From: a virus
Lineage: Duplodnaviria; Caudoviricetes
DNA: 46,708 nucleotides
Virus record (IMG/VR): IMGVR_UViG_3300037851_000518
Coordinates: 1 to 46,708 of that record
Strand: one strand, 5' to 3'
Each line of letters opens with the position of its first letter. Within the stretch, counting starts at the first letter, position 1. The position numbers and the translations under genes are program-made. The notes under the pieces were generated by a model, which ran no database searches, was not told the DNA's origin, and was given only the letters and a program-made list of their open reading frames with translations. This document shows positions 17,193-26,971 of this stretch, piece by piece.

Positions 17193-17353
17193 GGAAGCAG
17201 CGGCACCTCATTGTTGTTAGCCGAATCGTTAATCTGTATCTCCGAAGAGATCAACGGCGCATTCCGGTTGATCGTGCATCCAGACAGTATCACCACAATC
17301 ATCGTAACCACGATCGCGACCCGGATCATGATGTATAGGAGGAATTGTTTCAT
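17189..17353 (-). CDS. Small lipoprotein, 54 aa (o-spanin candidate; not in ORF track)
   Basis: MKQFLLYIMIRVAIVVTMIVVILSGC lipobox. Confidence 0.65.
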   Translation of the reverse strand: MKQFLLYIMIRVAIVVTMIVVILSGCTINRNAPLISSEIQINDSANNNEVPLLP

Positions 17354-17355
17354 GT

Positions 17356-18192
17356 TTACTTCCCATACTTAGATCGCTGGTTGTTAAAAATTTCAACCAC
17401 CTCGTTCGTGCTCAGCGCCCTGTTAAACACTACCAGGTCTGCAATATTTACCGCCGCTTTTTCAGGTAGTACAGAGGTCGTTGTCCCGCCAATCGAGAAC
17501 GACGCAGACGACGCAAAACAGGTGGAACCTAAGTCCTCGACGGAGTACGGATACCCATCCGCTACATATTGTACATATCGTCCATTCGACATAATCAATG
17601 CAACATGAGTCCACCCGTTCGTCAGTACTGATTTCGGAGGCCCGTTTGTTTTTATCTGTAGAGTTGTTCCGTTCAGGGAAAAAAGAGTTGCCAGTCGATC
17701 TGGATATTCCACTGTACCGCGAAACTGCATAATCCACGAATACTGATTCGTCGTCATCACCCCCGAGACATATTTGTAAGTGTTTGGCCACGATTTTATG
17801 TTAACCCACATTGCCACAGTCCAAGAATTTGTGCCCGACAAACCGGCATACGATGGGGCCAACAGCAGGTCCGACACTCCGTCAAATGACGAGGCCCACG
17901 CTCCGTTTGTGTAAACCTTTGTAGGCTGATTGGTCAGCACAGGTTGCGTAGCATCGCCGATACAGTTTTTCGCATAGCACAGCCACGTTGCATTGGTCGC
18001 ATCAGCGTTTACAACAGGGCTATCTGCCGTCAACCAAAACAGCGTGTTTGTCCATAAGCTCTCTGGCATTGTCGCCTGCGCAACGTGCAGGCCGTTGTCT
18101 CGCCGCGTCGCCTCCACGTAGGTCGTCTGAGAGTTTCCAAGCGTTGGAAACAGTGCGGCCAGAGTCGCGGCGAGAATGACCGTGCGGATCAT
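17356..18192 (-). CDS. LamG/ConA-like domain protein with signal peptide
   Basis: FDGVSD, WTVAMWV, WTHVA, FSIGG, IADLVVFNRALS; N-terminal signal. Confidence 0.85.
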   Translation of the reverse strand: MIRTVILAATLAALFPTLGNSQTTYVEATRRDNGLHVAQATMPESLWTNTLFWLTADSPVVNADATNATWLCYAKNCIGDATQPVLTNQPTKVYTNGAWASSFDGVSDLLLAPSYAGLSGTNSWTVAMWVNIKSWPNTYKYVSGVMTTNQYSWIMQFRGTVEYPDRLATLFSLNGTTLQIKTNGPPKSVLTNGWTHVALIMSNGRYVQYVADGYPYSVEDLGSTCFASSASFSIGGTTTSVLPEKAAVNIADLVVFNRALSTNEVVEIFNNQRSKYGK

Positions 18193-19133
18193 TGCGCAGT
18201 CTCCGTAAATTTGAACACGTGGTTCGTGGCATCATACCACTGCGTAACGAGGTAGTTCGTGGTGTTCGCCGTGGCAGAGTAGTACACAAGCTCGTTCGTG
18301 ACGTTCGCCTTTCCGGCCAGCGCATCCGTCACCGCCGCCTGACTCATAACAAGATTTGTACCGGTCCCAGACGACGGCACAATCGCCGACGGCTGTACCG
18401 CCATTGTGGCGAGGTTGCTCACCGTCTCATATCCACCCGGGGTTGACGCCGCCAGCGCATCCGTAACCGCCGCGCCGCTGGGAATCTCCGTCGAGTTGGT
18501 CGTCACAGTCTGCGTCAGATGGTTCGTGCCGAGTGCGCCGATCTGCGCGGGAGTGACCGCGTGCGGGTTGTTGGTGTCGTCTACATGGGCCGTCAAATTG
18601 GTAGTTCCCGCCGCGCCGATTGCGGTTCTGAAATCCTCTTCGGGTACGGTGTAGGCAAGTGTCGGATTCGGCGAATAATCCCCGTAGTCAATCCACTCCG
18701 ACGGGTCTTTTGGGGGCAACGCAGAACGGTGTTCTGCATAGGCGGTGCGGTAATATGGATCGACCACATAGTTCGTTTCCGTTGCCTGAAAAAACCCTAT
18801 AACCCAATATTCAGACCCCTCACCGCCGGAAGGTGAAATGTATACACCTGGAACAATAAGCCATTCCTCTGTCTGATAGACCGCTGGCCCCCAGCTTGAC
18901 AGCCCGTTTGTGGATGGTATCAGGTAGTAGTTTGTGTTTGCGTTACTGCGCCCTGAGCCGGCAACTGTAATGACTGTCGGAGCTGTCATTACTGGAACGC
19001 CGTTCGTCTTTTCGAGCGCACCCTCAGCAAGCGCAAGGGCTTCCGCCGCTACAGCGGGGTCTACAACAATGCTGTTTATTTCAGAAAACCCGATCAGCGG
19101 AATTATCATAAGGATTGCAATAAATCTTTTCAT
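18189..19133 (-). CDS. Tail-fibre-like protein with signal peptide
   Basis: HVDDTNNPHAVTPAQIGA, VMSQAAVTDAL, duplicated AAVTDALA; MKRFIAILMIIPLIGFS. Confidence 0.7.
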   Translation of the reverse strand: MKRFIAILMIIPLIGFSEINSIVVDPAVAAEALALAEGALEKTNGVPVMTAPTVITVAGSGRSNANTNYYLIPSTNGLSSWGPAVYQTEEWLIVPGVYISPSGGEGSEYWVIGFFQATETNYVVDPYYRTAYAEHRSALPPKDPSEWIDYGDYSPNPTLAYTVPEEDFRTAIGAAGTTNLTAHVDDTNNPHAVTPAQIGALGTNHLTQTVTTNSTEIPSGAAVTDALAASTPGGYETVSNLATMAVQPSAIVPSSGTGTNLVMSQAAVTDALAGKANVTNELVYYSATANTTNYLVTQWYDATNHVFKFTETAQ

Positions 19134-19159
19134 CTTACCTCCTGTTGCGGGCGCGCCCG

Positions 19160-19645
19160 TTACTTCTCAACAATGTTCAACTTAACGTCGCTGTCAGTGT
19201 ATACCGAAATCGAGTCGGCAGATTCTGTTGAGTACTGCTGGCCCTTCACGTACGCATACTCTCCGCCGTTAGTTGTTGCGGTTGCCCCTGTGTGATACCA
19301 GATTTGAGCACTCGCCTCTTGAGTAACCAGAACCTTTTGCCGCCCACCCTTGGGAACGGCGATAAAGGTTGCGGTCCCATTTGTGAAGGTTCCAAACACG
19401 GCTGTTGGGGCCGTTGTTGATGTGGTTCCTGCAACCAAACACATGTAGTATCTTTGGCTTCCGGGAGCCTGCACGTATTGCCCATTCGTGTAGGCCGTGC
19501 TTGCCGTCCAAGTCGTATACGTTTTCGGCTGTCCAGCCCTTGGAATAATGACGGTAGAGTTTGTTGCCGGAACGGTTATGGCATATTCGTCAGCGGCCAA
19601 GCAGACTCCGGACAAAAGAACGATAGCGGCAATGATTCTATTCAT
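19160..19645 (-). CDS. Putative virion protein with CBM-like insert and signal peptide
   Basis: RBS AGGAGG; MNRIIAAIVLLSGVCLA; WTASTAYTNGQYV..YYMCLVAGTT. Confidence 0.75.
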   Translation of the reverse strand: MNRIIAAIVLLSGVCLAADEYAITVPATNSTVIIPRAGQPKTYTTWTASTAYTNGQYVQAPGSQRYYMCLVAGTTSTTAPTAVFGTFTNGTATFIAVPKGGRQKVLVTQEASAQIWYHTGATATTNGGEYAYVKGQQYSTESADSISVYTDSDVKLNIVEK

Positions 19646-19708
19646 ACGATTCCTCCTGTTTCTTGTCGTCATTTATACTCTCGCGAGAGTCAATCTCAAT
19701 CCTTATTT

Positions 19709-22700
19709 TCAGTTTTGCTGGACGTATGGCATGTATGTTTTCCCGGTAAGAGTTGACCGCCAGAAGTGCTCCATTGCCCACACAAGATCGGAGAACGTCA
19801 CAATCGTGTCGTCTGGTTGCAGGCCGGCAAGGGCTTTTATGCTTCCTTTCTGCGGAGCAACCCCGGTAAGGGCCCAAGCGGCCCCCTCAATCATTGTCTT
19901 CTCTGTCTCTTTGTAATCCCCAAACGCCATGGCCTCGTTAAAGCGTTCGTCTCCGTCTCCGCCGAACAGGCCGCTTACGAAATCCGCAAGGGCGAGGTAT
20001 TCCGCGTTAGGAACCGTTCCGTCCGCTTTGTAGTGATACTGTTGAATAACTCTCGCAGCGAGCGGAAGCCCGACAACCATCTGCCCGGATGTCTTAAGCA
20101 GCTTGGCAACATCTTTATCTGCCGGAGCTTCTCCCGCCATAAGCTTTTTGGAAACCTTTCCAGCGCTTGAAGCTAGACTTTCTAAAACATCGAATGCCGG
20201 AAGCCCACCGGTATCAAGCAAGTTTGGAAGCACCGAGTTTGAAGCTCTGACATCAGCCTGATCGTCTCCAATTCTGCGCCCGGTTATCTTCTCGTAAGCT
20301 TTCGATATGAACGATCTTTCGTCGTCGTCGCCGCCTCCACCGCTAAGGCCCATTGCAAGATAGATCGGCGTTCCTATCAGGGTCGCGCTTGCAATGTTCG
20401 ACAAGGCTTTTGCGGTTGTGGTTTTCAAAAGCGCCCCAACGCCGCGCCTGATCAGATTGATGTCTCCCGACGCAACCCCCTCAATAATCGGTTCGGCAAC
20501 CGTAGTTTGAAGCATCTGGATGTCGCCAGATTTATACCTCCAAACACCAAGCGCTGCGCGTGTTGATGCGGAGCTTTGCTCAACAACCGATTTCCCTCCG
20601 CTCCTATACTCGAAATTCACCGCCGAGTTTTTCATTCTGGCGTACTCCGAAAGCATGTGATGGAAGCCATCGATGCCCTTGTCATCGGATGCCGCTTTTG
20701 TGAACAGGCCGAACAGATACGCCTGCTCTTCGGCTCTCATTACGTCTGTGTACAAAGAGATCCACACCCTGTCTGCTGATTTTTCCCCGGAAAGAAATTT
20801 CGAAACCTGATCATATCCGTGCTGATAGAATGTGGTGCCGCCCATCAGCCGGCTAAGGTAATCGGAAAACGCCCCGACGTAGGCCGACGCGGTTGTCAGC
20901 CCGTTCTTTGCGAGAGTTTTCGCAAAGCGAACGGCTCCGGCTGATCTCATTTCTCCATACTTCCGCCCTTTAGCTCCGCCAGCAAACCGCTCCTGCATCA
21001 GAATGGACTCGCGGACAATCTGCATCCCCTGAACTTCCGATCTCTTCAGCTCATCATGCACGTATCTGTTTATCGCAGAATCCTTGCTTGTCTTCATAAA
21101 GTACAGCGCTCTCGCTCCCGCTTTAACGGCAGATACCTGCGGAATAACCGCCCCCGCAAGCCACGGCTGTAGCGACATATTGCGAACCGTATACTTGTAC
21201 GCATTGTTGATAAGGTATGGCACCCAGAATATCGCGTTAAGTCCGCTCACAATACCGGAGACTGTTTGCTCGCTGAAACTTGTTTCGTGCGTCCCAACCT
21301 GCTTTCGCATCCACTGAGAGATTTCGGTAACAATTCCGTTCTCGTTTGAGATTCTGGCATCAGATAAAGCATCTGTCATGCTCTGCCCGCTTCGCCAAGC
21401 GTTGGCGGCAATCTCAGACCGGCGCATGTGCCAGTCGAGCGCCCGAACGACACTCACCGATTTGAGAGGATTGGCCCTGTCGTCTTCTCTGCTTCGTACG
21501 TTTTCGCGAGACTGCGATGCGCCAAGCATTGCAGAGCGCTCAAATATGTCATCAGTCTGGGTGCGAGACCCAGGGCTTTCGCTCATCCAGTACGTCGTTC
21601 TCCCGAACGAAAGATCGGCCAGCTCCTTCTCAATTCCTGACCGGCCCTGCGTCTTCATCTTTCCGGCAAGGCTATCCATTTCAGCAACGGACAGCCGCTC
21701 AAGTGAGCCATCCTTGTTCTTCTTGTGCAGAAAAATGTTATCGCCCTTTTCGCCGCCACTCCTGAGGTACATGATAACGGCGTTAACCTTCTGGTTTGCG
21801 AGCGTTGCGCCCTGAAGTTCGTTGCGGATATTCTCCATAAGCTTCTGATAGGTCTCGAACTTGTACGGAGCGCCGCGCATGGACGAAATTTTCCTGACTC
21901 TCTTAACGGCGTCGTTGTGCAGCGACTTGCCGGCACGCTTAATATAAACCGGCTCTCCCTTCCCGTCGCGGCCCGTCATATACTGGTGCATCTCCGTATC
22001 GCTCGGGTCATAGTAAAGAGCGTCTGCAATCGCGTCAGACAGCTCCTTGTTCTTCGGGTCTTCGATGTACGCACCGAGGCGAGAAAGCCCTCCGTTTATG
22101 TTGAGCGCGTTGTTTCCAAGCCTGAACACGTCTCTGAGTCTCTCGTCAACGCGAGAGTTGCTTTTATTCACGTCAACAAGCAGGTCGTTGTGCGCAGTGT
22201 ACAGCGAAAACACGCCGGTGTTTTTTGCAACATCTCCAATAAAATAACGAAAATCTTTCAGCGAATGAAATGTTGCCAGCCCCGCAGCCGCGCCTACAGT
22301 TCCAGATCTGTCCAAATCAAAAAACTTTTTATTTATTTTTGATGCAGCGATAAGGCGGTCTGTTATTCTGGCCGCCTCCGCCGACATCGCCCCGTCTTTA
22401 TCAATCTCCGCCCATCCTGTTCCGATAAGAGTGTCGAGAATATTCTCCGCAGATTTAGAATCCTCTCTGCTGTCGCGGGTTCTTCCGCGAAGCTTATCTT
22501 TTACAAGGGTGCGAATAGCCTTGTTTGCGTCCTCAACGGCAAGCGGTTTTTCTCCAGCCAAAAGCCCTTCATCTTCCTCTGAAAATACAGCAGAGTCTGT
22601 CACAAACTCAACCGGAGAGACCTCCACAATCTTGGGCTCTTCGATGGGAACGTCCGGGTCTTCTTTGACTTCTGGCAAAACGACGCCAGTCTCTGGCGCA

Positions 22701-25700
22701 TAATCAGGCGTTTCTTGAAACGGAATTCCCTTTTTGTTCAGAGCTGCACGCGCTCTGTTTATAGAAAGCATGGCCTCCTGTTCTGTTTCTGCGTACAGAA
22801 TCGCATCGAAATACTTGTCCATCGCGGTCGCTTTATCTTCTGCAACCGAATTTCCGGACTCGATAAATGCGTCGTACGACTTCTGGAGGCCAGCAATAAG
22901 GCGGCTCTTGTGCTGCTTGTTGATGCCTGCGTTGCTTATTGTTTCCGTAACAAACTTGAAGTTTCTCGGAATGCGAGCCTCAAGATCGAACCGTGAAAAT
23001 ACGGCGGGGAGTCCTGCGTTCTGCATAACGGAATTTGCACGGCGCAACATGTCTGTGCCATCAGCAGCCCGTACCGCTCCGAGAACAAGCTGTTCCCCAA
23101 CAGTAAGCGCCTGATCCTCGCCCTTTCCTATAAACCGAACCACCTGCGATTCGGTGGTTAGCGCAACACCAAGGCGCTCTGCGTCTGTAATGATGCGTCG
23201 CATGTCTGCAAGAGATTCATAAAATGGATCGTTAACCGCTCCGGTGGACAGCCTTGCCGGACTTTTCCGCGAAGGAGTGTCAACATTGCGCAGATAATCA
23301 AACGCGGCGTATATGCGAGCATCAATGTGCTTCCGCCTTGCTCTCTGCGGAGGCTCTCCGTTCAGGATTCGAAGCATTTCAGCACGTTGCCCGGATGATG
23401 CTTTCGAAACGTACGCCGCAGCCTCGGCGTAGTCAACGCCGGCCTCTTCCATGTAATATCTTGCAAGCGCGTCCATGTTGTCCGGGCGCATCGGATCAAG
23501 CCTTTCCTCCCTCTCAACATAATAACGCCGGTTCAGATCGGCTCTGCGCTTCTCGACCTCCATCCGTGTGTTGTAGATGCGCTTAACGTCCTCATCGTGC
23601 CAGAAGTCCTCAATGGTTTCTGGATCGGAACCTAGCGCCTCAAGCTTGGCAAGCTTTTTGCGCTCCTTGTTGCTGAGCTTCTGCGGGCGAGTGGCGCGAA
23701 GAGATGCAAGAAGCGCCTCTCTCTCATCCATCGCTTTTTGCTTTTCAGCAGAGTTGAGCGTTGCGTTTGGAATCATGTACGGAAGCCAGCTAAGCACCCC
23801 TTTTTCTTCCTCACCAAACAAAGATTCGTCGTATGCCAGCTCAGATGCCGCCCCTTCAACCAGCGGAGTGTTCTTGTACGCCTTCTTCTGCGCATTGATC
23901 CACGACTGTCTCTGCTTGTCCGTAATTGACGGAGCGCTAAGAGCCCCTCCAAATCCGAGCTGATAGTCCTTATATGCACCGACGAACTCGTCCGCAACAC
24001 GCTGGCCGAATACCGGACGAATTGCAGACTCCATTACGCTAAGGTTCTGAACCTGTGTCCGGTCATCCTGTCGCATAAACCAGCTCATCTTTGTATGAAG
24101 ATCAACGACAGAGCGGTAGTCGCCCCAGCGCGGCTGGTATGCGTATGCGCGTTTTGCGATTCGTTGCGCGGCGGGCGGAGCATTAAGCGCGTACTTCGAT
24201 TTCAGAGTGTCCTTTACGACGGAGTCCGCCGTCTCTCCGCGTCCGAGGAACCGTCCGGCCATATCGCGGATGTCTCCAGCAGACGCAATCGCAAGCCAGC
24301 CATCATCTGCAAGCGCCTCCGCGTCACGGTTTCCGTTTTTAATGTGTTCTGCAACCAGCGGGTTTACGCCGTCAAGCTCTTTTGCTTTTTCTGCCGACCG
24401 TTTTACCAAGTCAAAAACTCTAGACAGCGCCTCATCCTTTATTGTCGTGTTGATTCCAAGAGCGTCTTTAACAAACCGCCACACCTTTTGCCATAGCGTA
24501 GTATTTTCTTCGGCGAGCTGAACTCCTTGCAGTTTTTTCTGTAGCGACTCGGATGAAAGAGCCTCGGAGACAAACTCGTAAATGTTGTTCGCTCCATAAT
24601 CCCCCTCGATATGAGGACGCGCTTGCTCGAAAACGGAGACAAGCGCCTTTACCGCATTGCCCTGATCGCTTGTAATCTTTCCGGTCGCGACCGATTCGGA
24701 AACAGACGCAACCATCTCTTCTGTGCTCGCCGTTCTTGATATACCAGCCTTGCTTATAAGCCCTGCGGTTGCCGCGTGGCCCATTTCGTGAAGGAAATTA
24801 GACGCCGTCTCATTCACCAGAAGACCTCTGTTTACAGAATGGCTTGAAAACTCGATTCTTCCGTCTTTCGTAAACCGGGCCGGAGAGTCGCCCATGTCTT
24901 CGCCGGATACATTAACCGGGACAGCGCCAAGATCATCTCCGTACATGCGGAACAGGTCGCCAAGGGTATCCTTCACCGTCTTGCTTACGTTCGGATTTTC
25001 TTTAAGCGCCTCAAATACTTCTGTCGCAGTCTTGGTTCCGTTGCCAATTGCGCTGCGAGACGCATCAAATTCCGCTTGGTCCCTTTGCTCTTGGGCCGCA
25101 GCCTCTTCAAGAGCACTGCGTCTTTTCTTCGATGTGTATTCCGGCATAAACCCGAGCGATGGAGCTGTCGGCTCGCCGGTCAGGTAGGCGAACTTGTTTA
25201 CTCTGTTCCGATTTTCTGCAACAAACCCCTTTGCCACAGAAGAGGCGTCTCCGCCGGCATCCGACTCTTTGAGAACGGCATATGTCTGCTCATCACTAAG
25301 CCCAAAGCTATCCCGTATCGATTTAAACCGGTTGTATGACTGCTTGTGAGACTCATATGCCTCAACGGAAGACTGCGCCGTGGTTGTGGCTCCGCCAAAA
25401 ATTGCAGCCGGAGCAATGCCCTGCTTTACGGCCTCTGCACCAGCCTTCGTATCCGCCCAAGCCGTAGAAAGATAATCTGAGAGAGCCCCTTTAAATTCGT
25501 CAAACGAGTTTACTTTCCCGAGCTTCTCATAAAACGAGCCGCCCTTTTCTGATAAGCGTGCATATACGTTCTTCAGAATTTCCTGAGGACCCTCTTCAAG
25601 CGCCTCAAATCCTACGTTAATAAGATACTTTGCCAAATTTCCAGAAGCCTGCTTGTACAGCTCCGGGCTTGAAACAAGCTCACGAATAGCCTTGCTAAAC

Positions 25701-26962
25701 ACCATGTCAGACAGGCCGCGCCCCTGCGCACCGAAAAGACTTCCGACGTATTCAACGGCAGCATAGAGCCCGCCGCCGGCAGTTGACATCGCATCGAGAC
25801 GGGAAATCTCTTCCGGAGAAAGCTCTGTAAGTTTTTTTCCGGTGTTGTTCAGGTACTGGACAACGATTTCTCCCTTCCCCTGAGCGGCCCAGTATCCCTT
25901 GTCTGCCGTTCCCGCAGAAATCGTTCCAATGGCAACAGATTCGCCCATAGCCCACGCAGACTGAAGGGCCGTTATCCACCCAGAACGACCGCCCCCTGCG
26001 TCTTCGTAAAGAGACCGGGATGCCTCGGCCATCTTGCTTACCTTGTCAACAGACGCCTGAGCGTCGTCGATAAGGCCGGACGAAAGCAGAGTGCCTATCT
26101 CTTGTGTTTTGTGTACATTCCACTTTCCATACATCAGAGCATCAAAAGAAGACGTTGCTCTTCCGGCAAGAACTCTGTTTTCAATTCCATCATACGTAAG
26201 CCCAAGAGATTCCTGAAGCTCCTTGTACCTGACGCTTTGCGAATCAGACAATCCGCCGTACTTTCTGAACTCATCGAGCTTTGAAAGCTCGTCGCTCATC
26301 CGCATTCGGTCAAGAGCGATTTTTTCGTCGATGTCCAGCCCAGCCTCAAGGTCTTTTGTTTCATCCGGATGGCTTTCAAGGTACGCGGCGTACGCCTCCG
26401 GAGATTCGAAGCTTTCACGCTTCGGCTGCGCATCAATCTGGTTTTTGATCTTAGCAATCTTGACTCCATCGACTCCGGAAAGAGTCTCTCCGAGCTTTGC
26501 TCTTTGCTCGCTGTAATCAAACGGTTTCCGCCCGCCGTATTCGACGCGCCCAAGGTTCAGGATGTTTCTCTGCCGCTCCTCATAGTCATCAAGCGACGTG
26601 CGAGCTGTTCCGTGAATTCGCTCGTCAAACACAAACGGAACAAGGCTCTCATCGGTAGCGGAAACCAGCGCTTCTGCTTCAGGAACCTGATGTATTTTTG
26701 CACGAAACTCAACAAGATCGACAGCAAATCTATTGTCAGCTGACAGCTTCTCGGGTGCTTTCTGCTCATCGTCAGGAAACTCAACCGGATCGCTTGGCGG
26801 AACAGGATCATCCTGCGGAGCAATGCCGGTCGGAGATTCTTCGTTTGCGTCAGATAACTCCAGCTCTGGAGCAACCTGCTGCTCGTTTTTCGCCTTCCAT
26901 TCCTGAAACTCTTTTTCTTCTTCCTCGGTCAGTTCGGGTTCGTATCTGTCATTTGCAGCCAT
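19709..26962 (-). CDS. Large internal virion / ejection (polyvalent-type) protein with zincin motif
   Basis: 2417 aa after tail genes; HEMGH..NIYEFVSE..WQKVWRFV. Confidence 0.75.
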   Translation of the reverse strand: MAANDRYEPELTEEEEKEFQEWKAKNEQQVAPELELSDANEESPTGIAPQDDPVPPSDPVEFPDDEQKAPEKLSADNRFAVDLVEFRAKIHQVPEAEALVSATDESLVPFVFDERIHGTARTSLDDYEERQRNILNLGRVEYGGRKPFDYSEQRAKLGETLSGVDGVKIAKIKNQIDAQPKRESFESPEAYAAYLESHPDETKDLEAGLDIDEKIALDRMRMSDELSKLDEFRKYGGLSDSQSVRYKELQESLGLTYDGIENRVLAGRATSSFDALMYGKWNVHKTQEIGTLLSSGLIDDAQASVDKVSKMAEASRSLYEDAGGGRSGWITALQSAWAMGESVAIGTISAGTADKGYWAAQGKGEIVVQYLNNTGKKLTELSPEEISRLDAMSTAGGGLYAAVEYVGSLFGAQGRGLSDMVFSKAIRELVSSPELYKQASGNLAKYLINVGFEALEEGPQEILKNVYARLSEKGGSFYEKLGKVNSFDEFKGALSDYLSTAWADTKAGAEAVKQGIAPAAIFGGATTTAQSSVEAYESHKQSYNRFKSIRDSFGLSDEQTYAVLKESDAGGDASSVAKGFVAENRNRVNKFAYLTGEPTAPSLGFMPEYTSKKRRSALEEAAAQEQRDQAEFDASRSAIGNGTKTATEVFEALKENPNVSKTVKDTLGDLFRMYGDDLGAVPVNVSGEDMGDSPARFTKDGRIEFSSHSVNRGLLVNETASNFLHEMGHAATAGLISKAGISRTASTEEMVASVSESVATGKITSDQGNAVKALVSVFEQARPHIEGDYGANNIYEFVSEALSSESLQKKLQGVQLAEENTTLWQKVWRFVKDALGINTTIKDEALSRVFDLVKRSAEKAKELDGVNPLVAEHIKNGNRDAEALADDGWLAIASAGDIRDMAGRFLGRGETADSVVKDTLKSKYALNAPPAAQRIAKRAYAYQPRWGDYRSVVDLHTKMSWFMRQDDRTQVQNLSVMESAIRPVFGQRVADEFVGAYKDYQLGFGGALSAPSITDKQRQSWINAQKKAYKNTPLVEGAASELAYDESLFGEEEKGVLSWLPYMIPNATLNSAEKQKAMDEREALLASLRATRPQKLSNKERKKLAKLEALGSDPETIEDFWHDEDVKRIYNTRMEVEKRRADLNRRYYVEREERLDPMRPDNMDALARYYMEEAGVDYAEAAAYVSKASSGQRAEMLRILNGEPPQRARRKHIDARIYAAFDYLRNVDTPSRKSPARLSTGAVNDPFYESLADMRRIITDAERLGVALTTESQVVRFIGKGEDQALTVGEQLVLGAVRAADGTDMLRRANSVMQNAGLPAVFSRFDLEARIPRNFKFVTETISNAGINKQHKSRLIAGLQKSYDAFIESGNSVAEDKATAMDKYFDAILYAETEQEAMLSINRARAALNKKGIPFQETPDYAPETGVVLPEVKEDPDVPIEEPKIVEVSPVEFVTDSAVFSEEDEGLLAGEKPLAVEDANKAIRTLVKDKLRGRTRDSREDSKSAENILDTLIGTGWAEIDKDGAMSAEAARITDRLIAASKINKKFFDLDRSGTVGAAAGLATFHSLKDFRYFIGDVAKNTGVFSLYTAHNDLLVDVNKSNSRVDERLRDVFRLGNNALNINGGLSRLGAYIEDPKNKELSDAIADALYYDPSDTEMHQYMTGRDGKGEPVYIKRAGKSLHNDAVKRVRKISSMRGAPYKFETYQKLMENIRNELQGATLANQKVNAVIMYLRSGGEKGDNIFLHKKNKDGSLERLSVAEMDSLAGKMKTQGRSGIEKELADLSFGRTTYWMSESPGSRTQTDDIFERSAMLGASQSRENVRSREDDRANPLKSVSVVRALDWHMRRSEIAANAWRSGQSMTDALSDARISNENGIVTEISQWMRKQVGTHETSFSEQTVSGIVSGLNAIFWVPYLINNAYKYTVRNMSLQPWLAGAVIPQVSAVKAGARALYFMKTSKDSAINRYVHDELKRSEVQGMQIVRESILMQERFAGGAKGRKYGEMRSAGAVRFAKTLAKNGLTTASAYVGAFSDYLSRLMGGTTFYQHGYDQVSKFLSGEKSADRVWISLYTDVMRAEEQAYLFGLFTKAASDDKGIDGFHHMLSEYARMKNSAVNFEYRSGGKSVVEQSSASTRAALGVWRYKSGDIQMLQTTVAEPIIEGVASGDINLIRRGVGALLKTTTAKALSNIASATLIGTPIYLAMGLSGGGGDDDERSFISKAYEKITGRRIGDDQADVRASNSVLPNLLDTGGLPAFDVLESLASSAGKVSKKLMAGEAPADKDVAKLLKTSGQMVVGLPLAARVIQQYHYKADGTVPNAEYLALADFVSGLFGGDGDERFNEAMAFGDYKETEKTMIEGAAWALTGVAPQKGSIKALAGLQPDDTIVTFSDLVWAMEHFWRSTLTGKTYMPYVQQN

Positions 26963-26971
26963 AGTGCTTCC

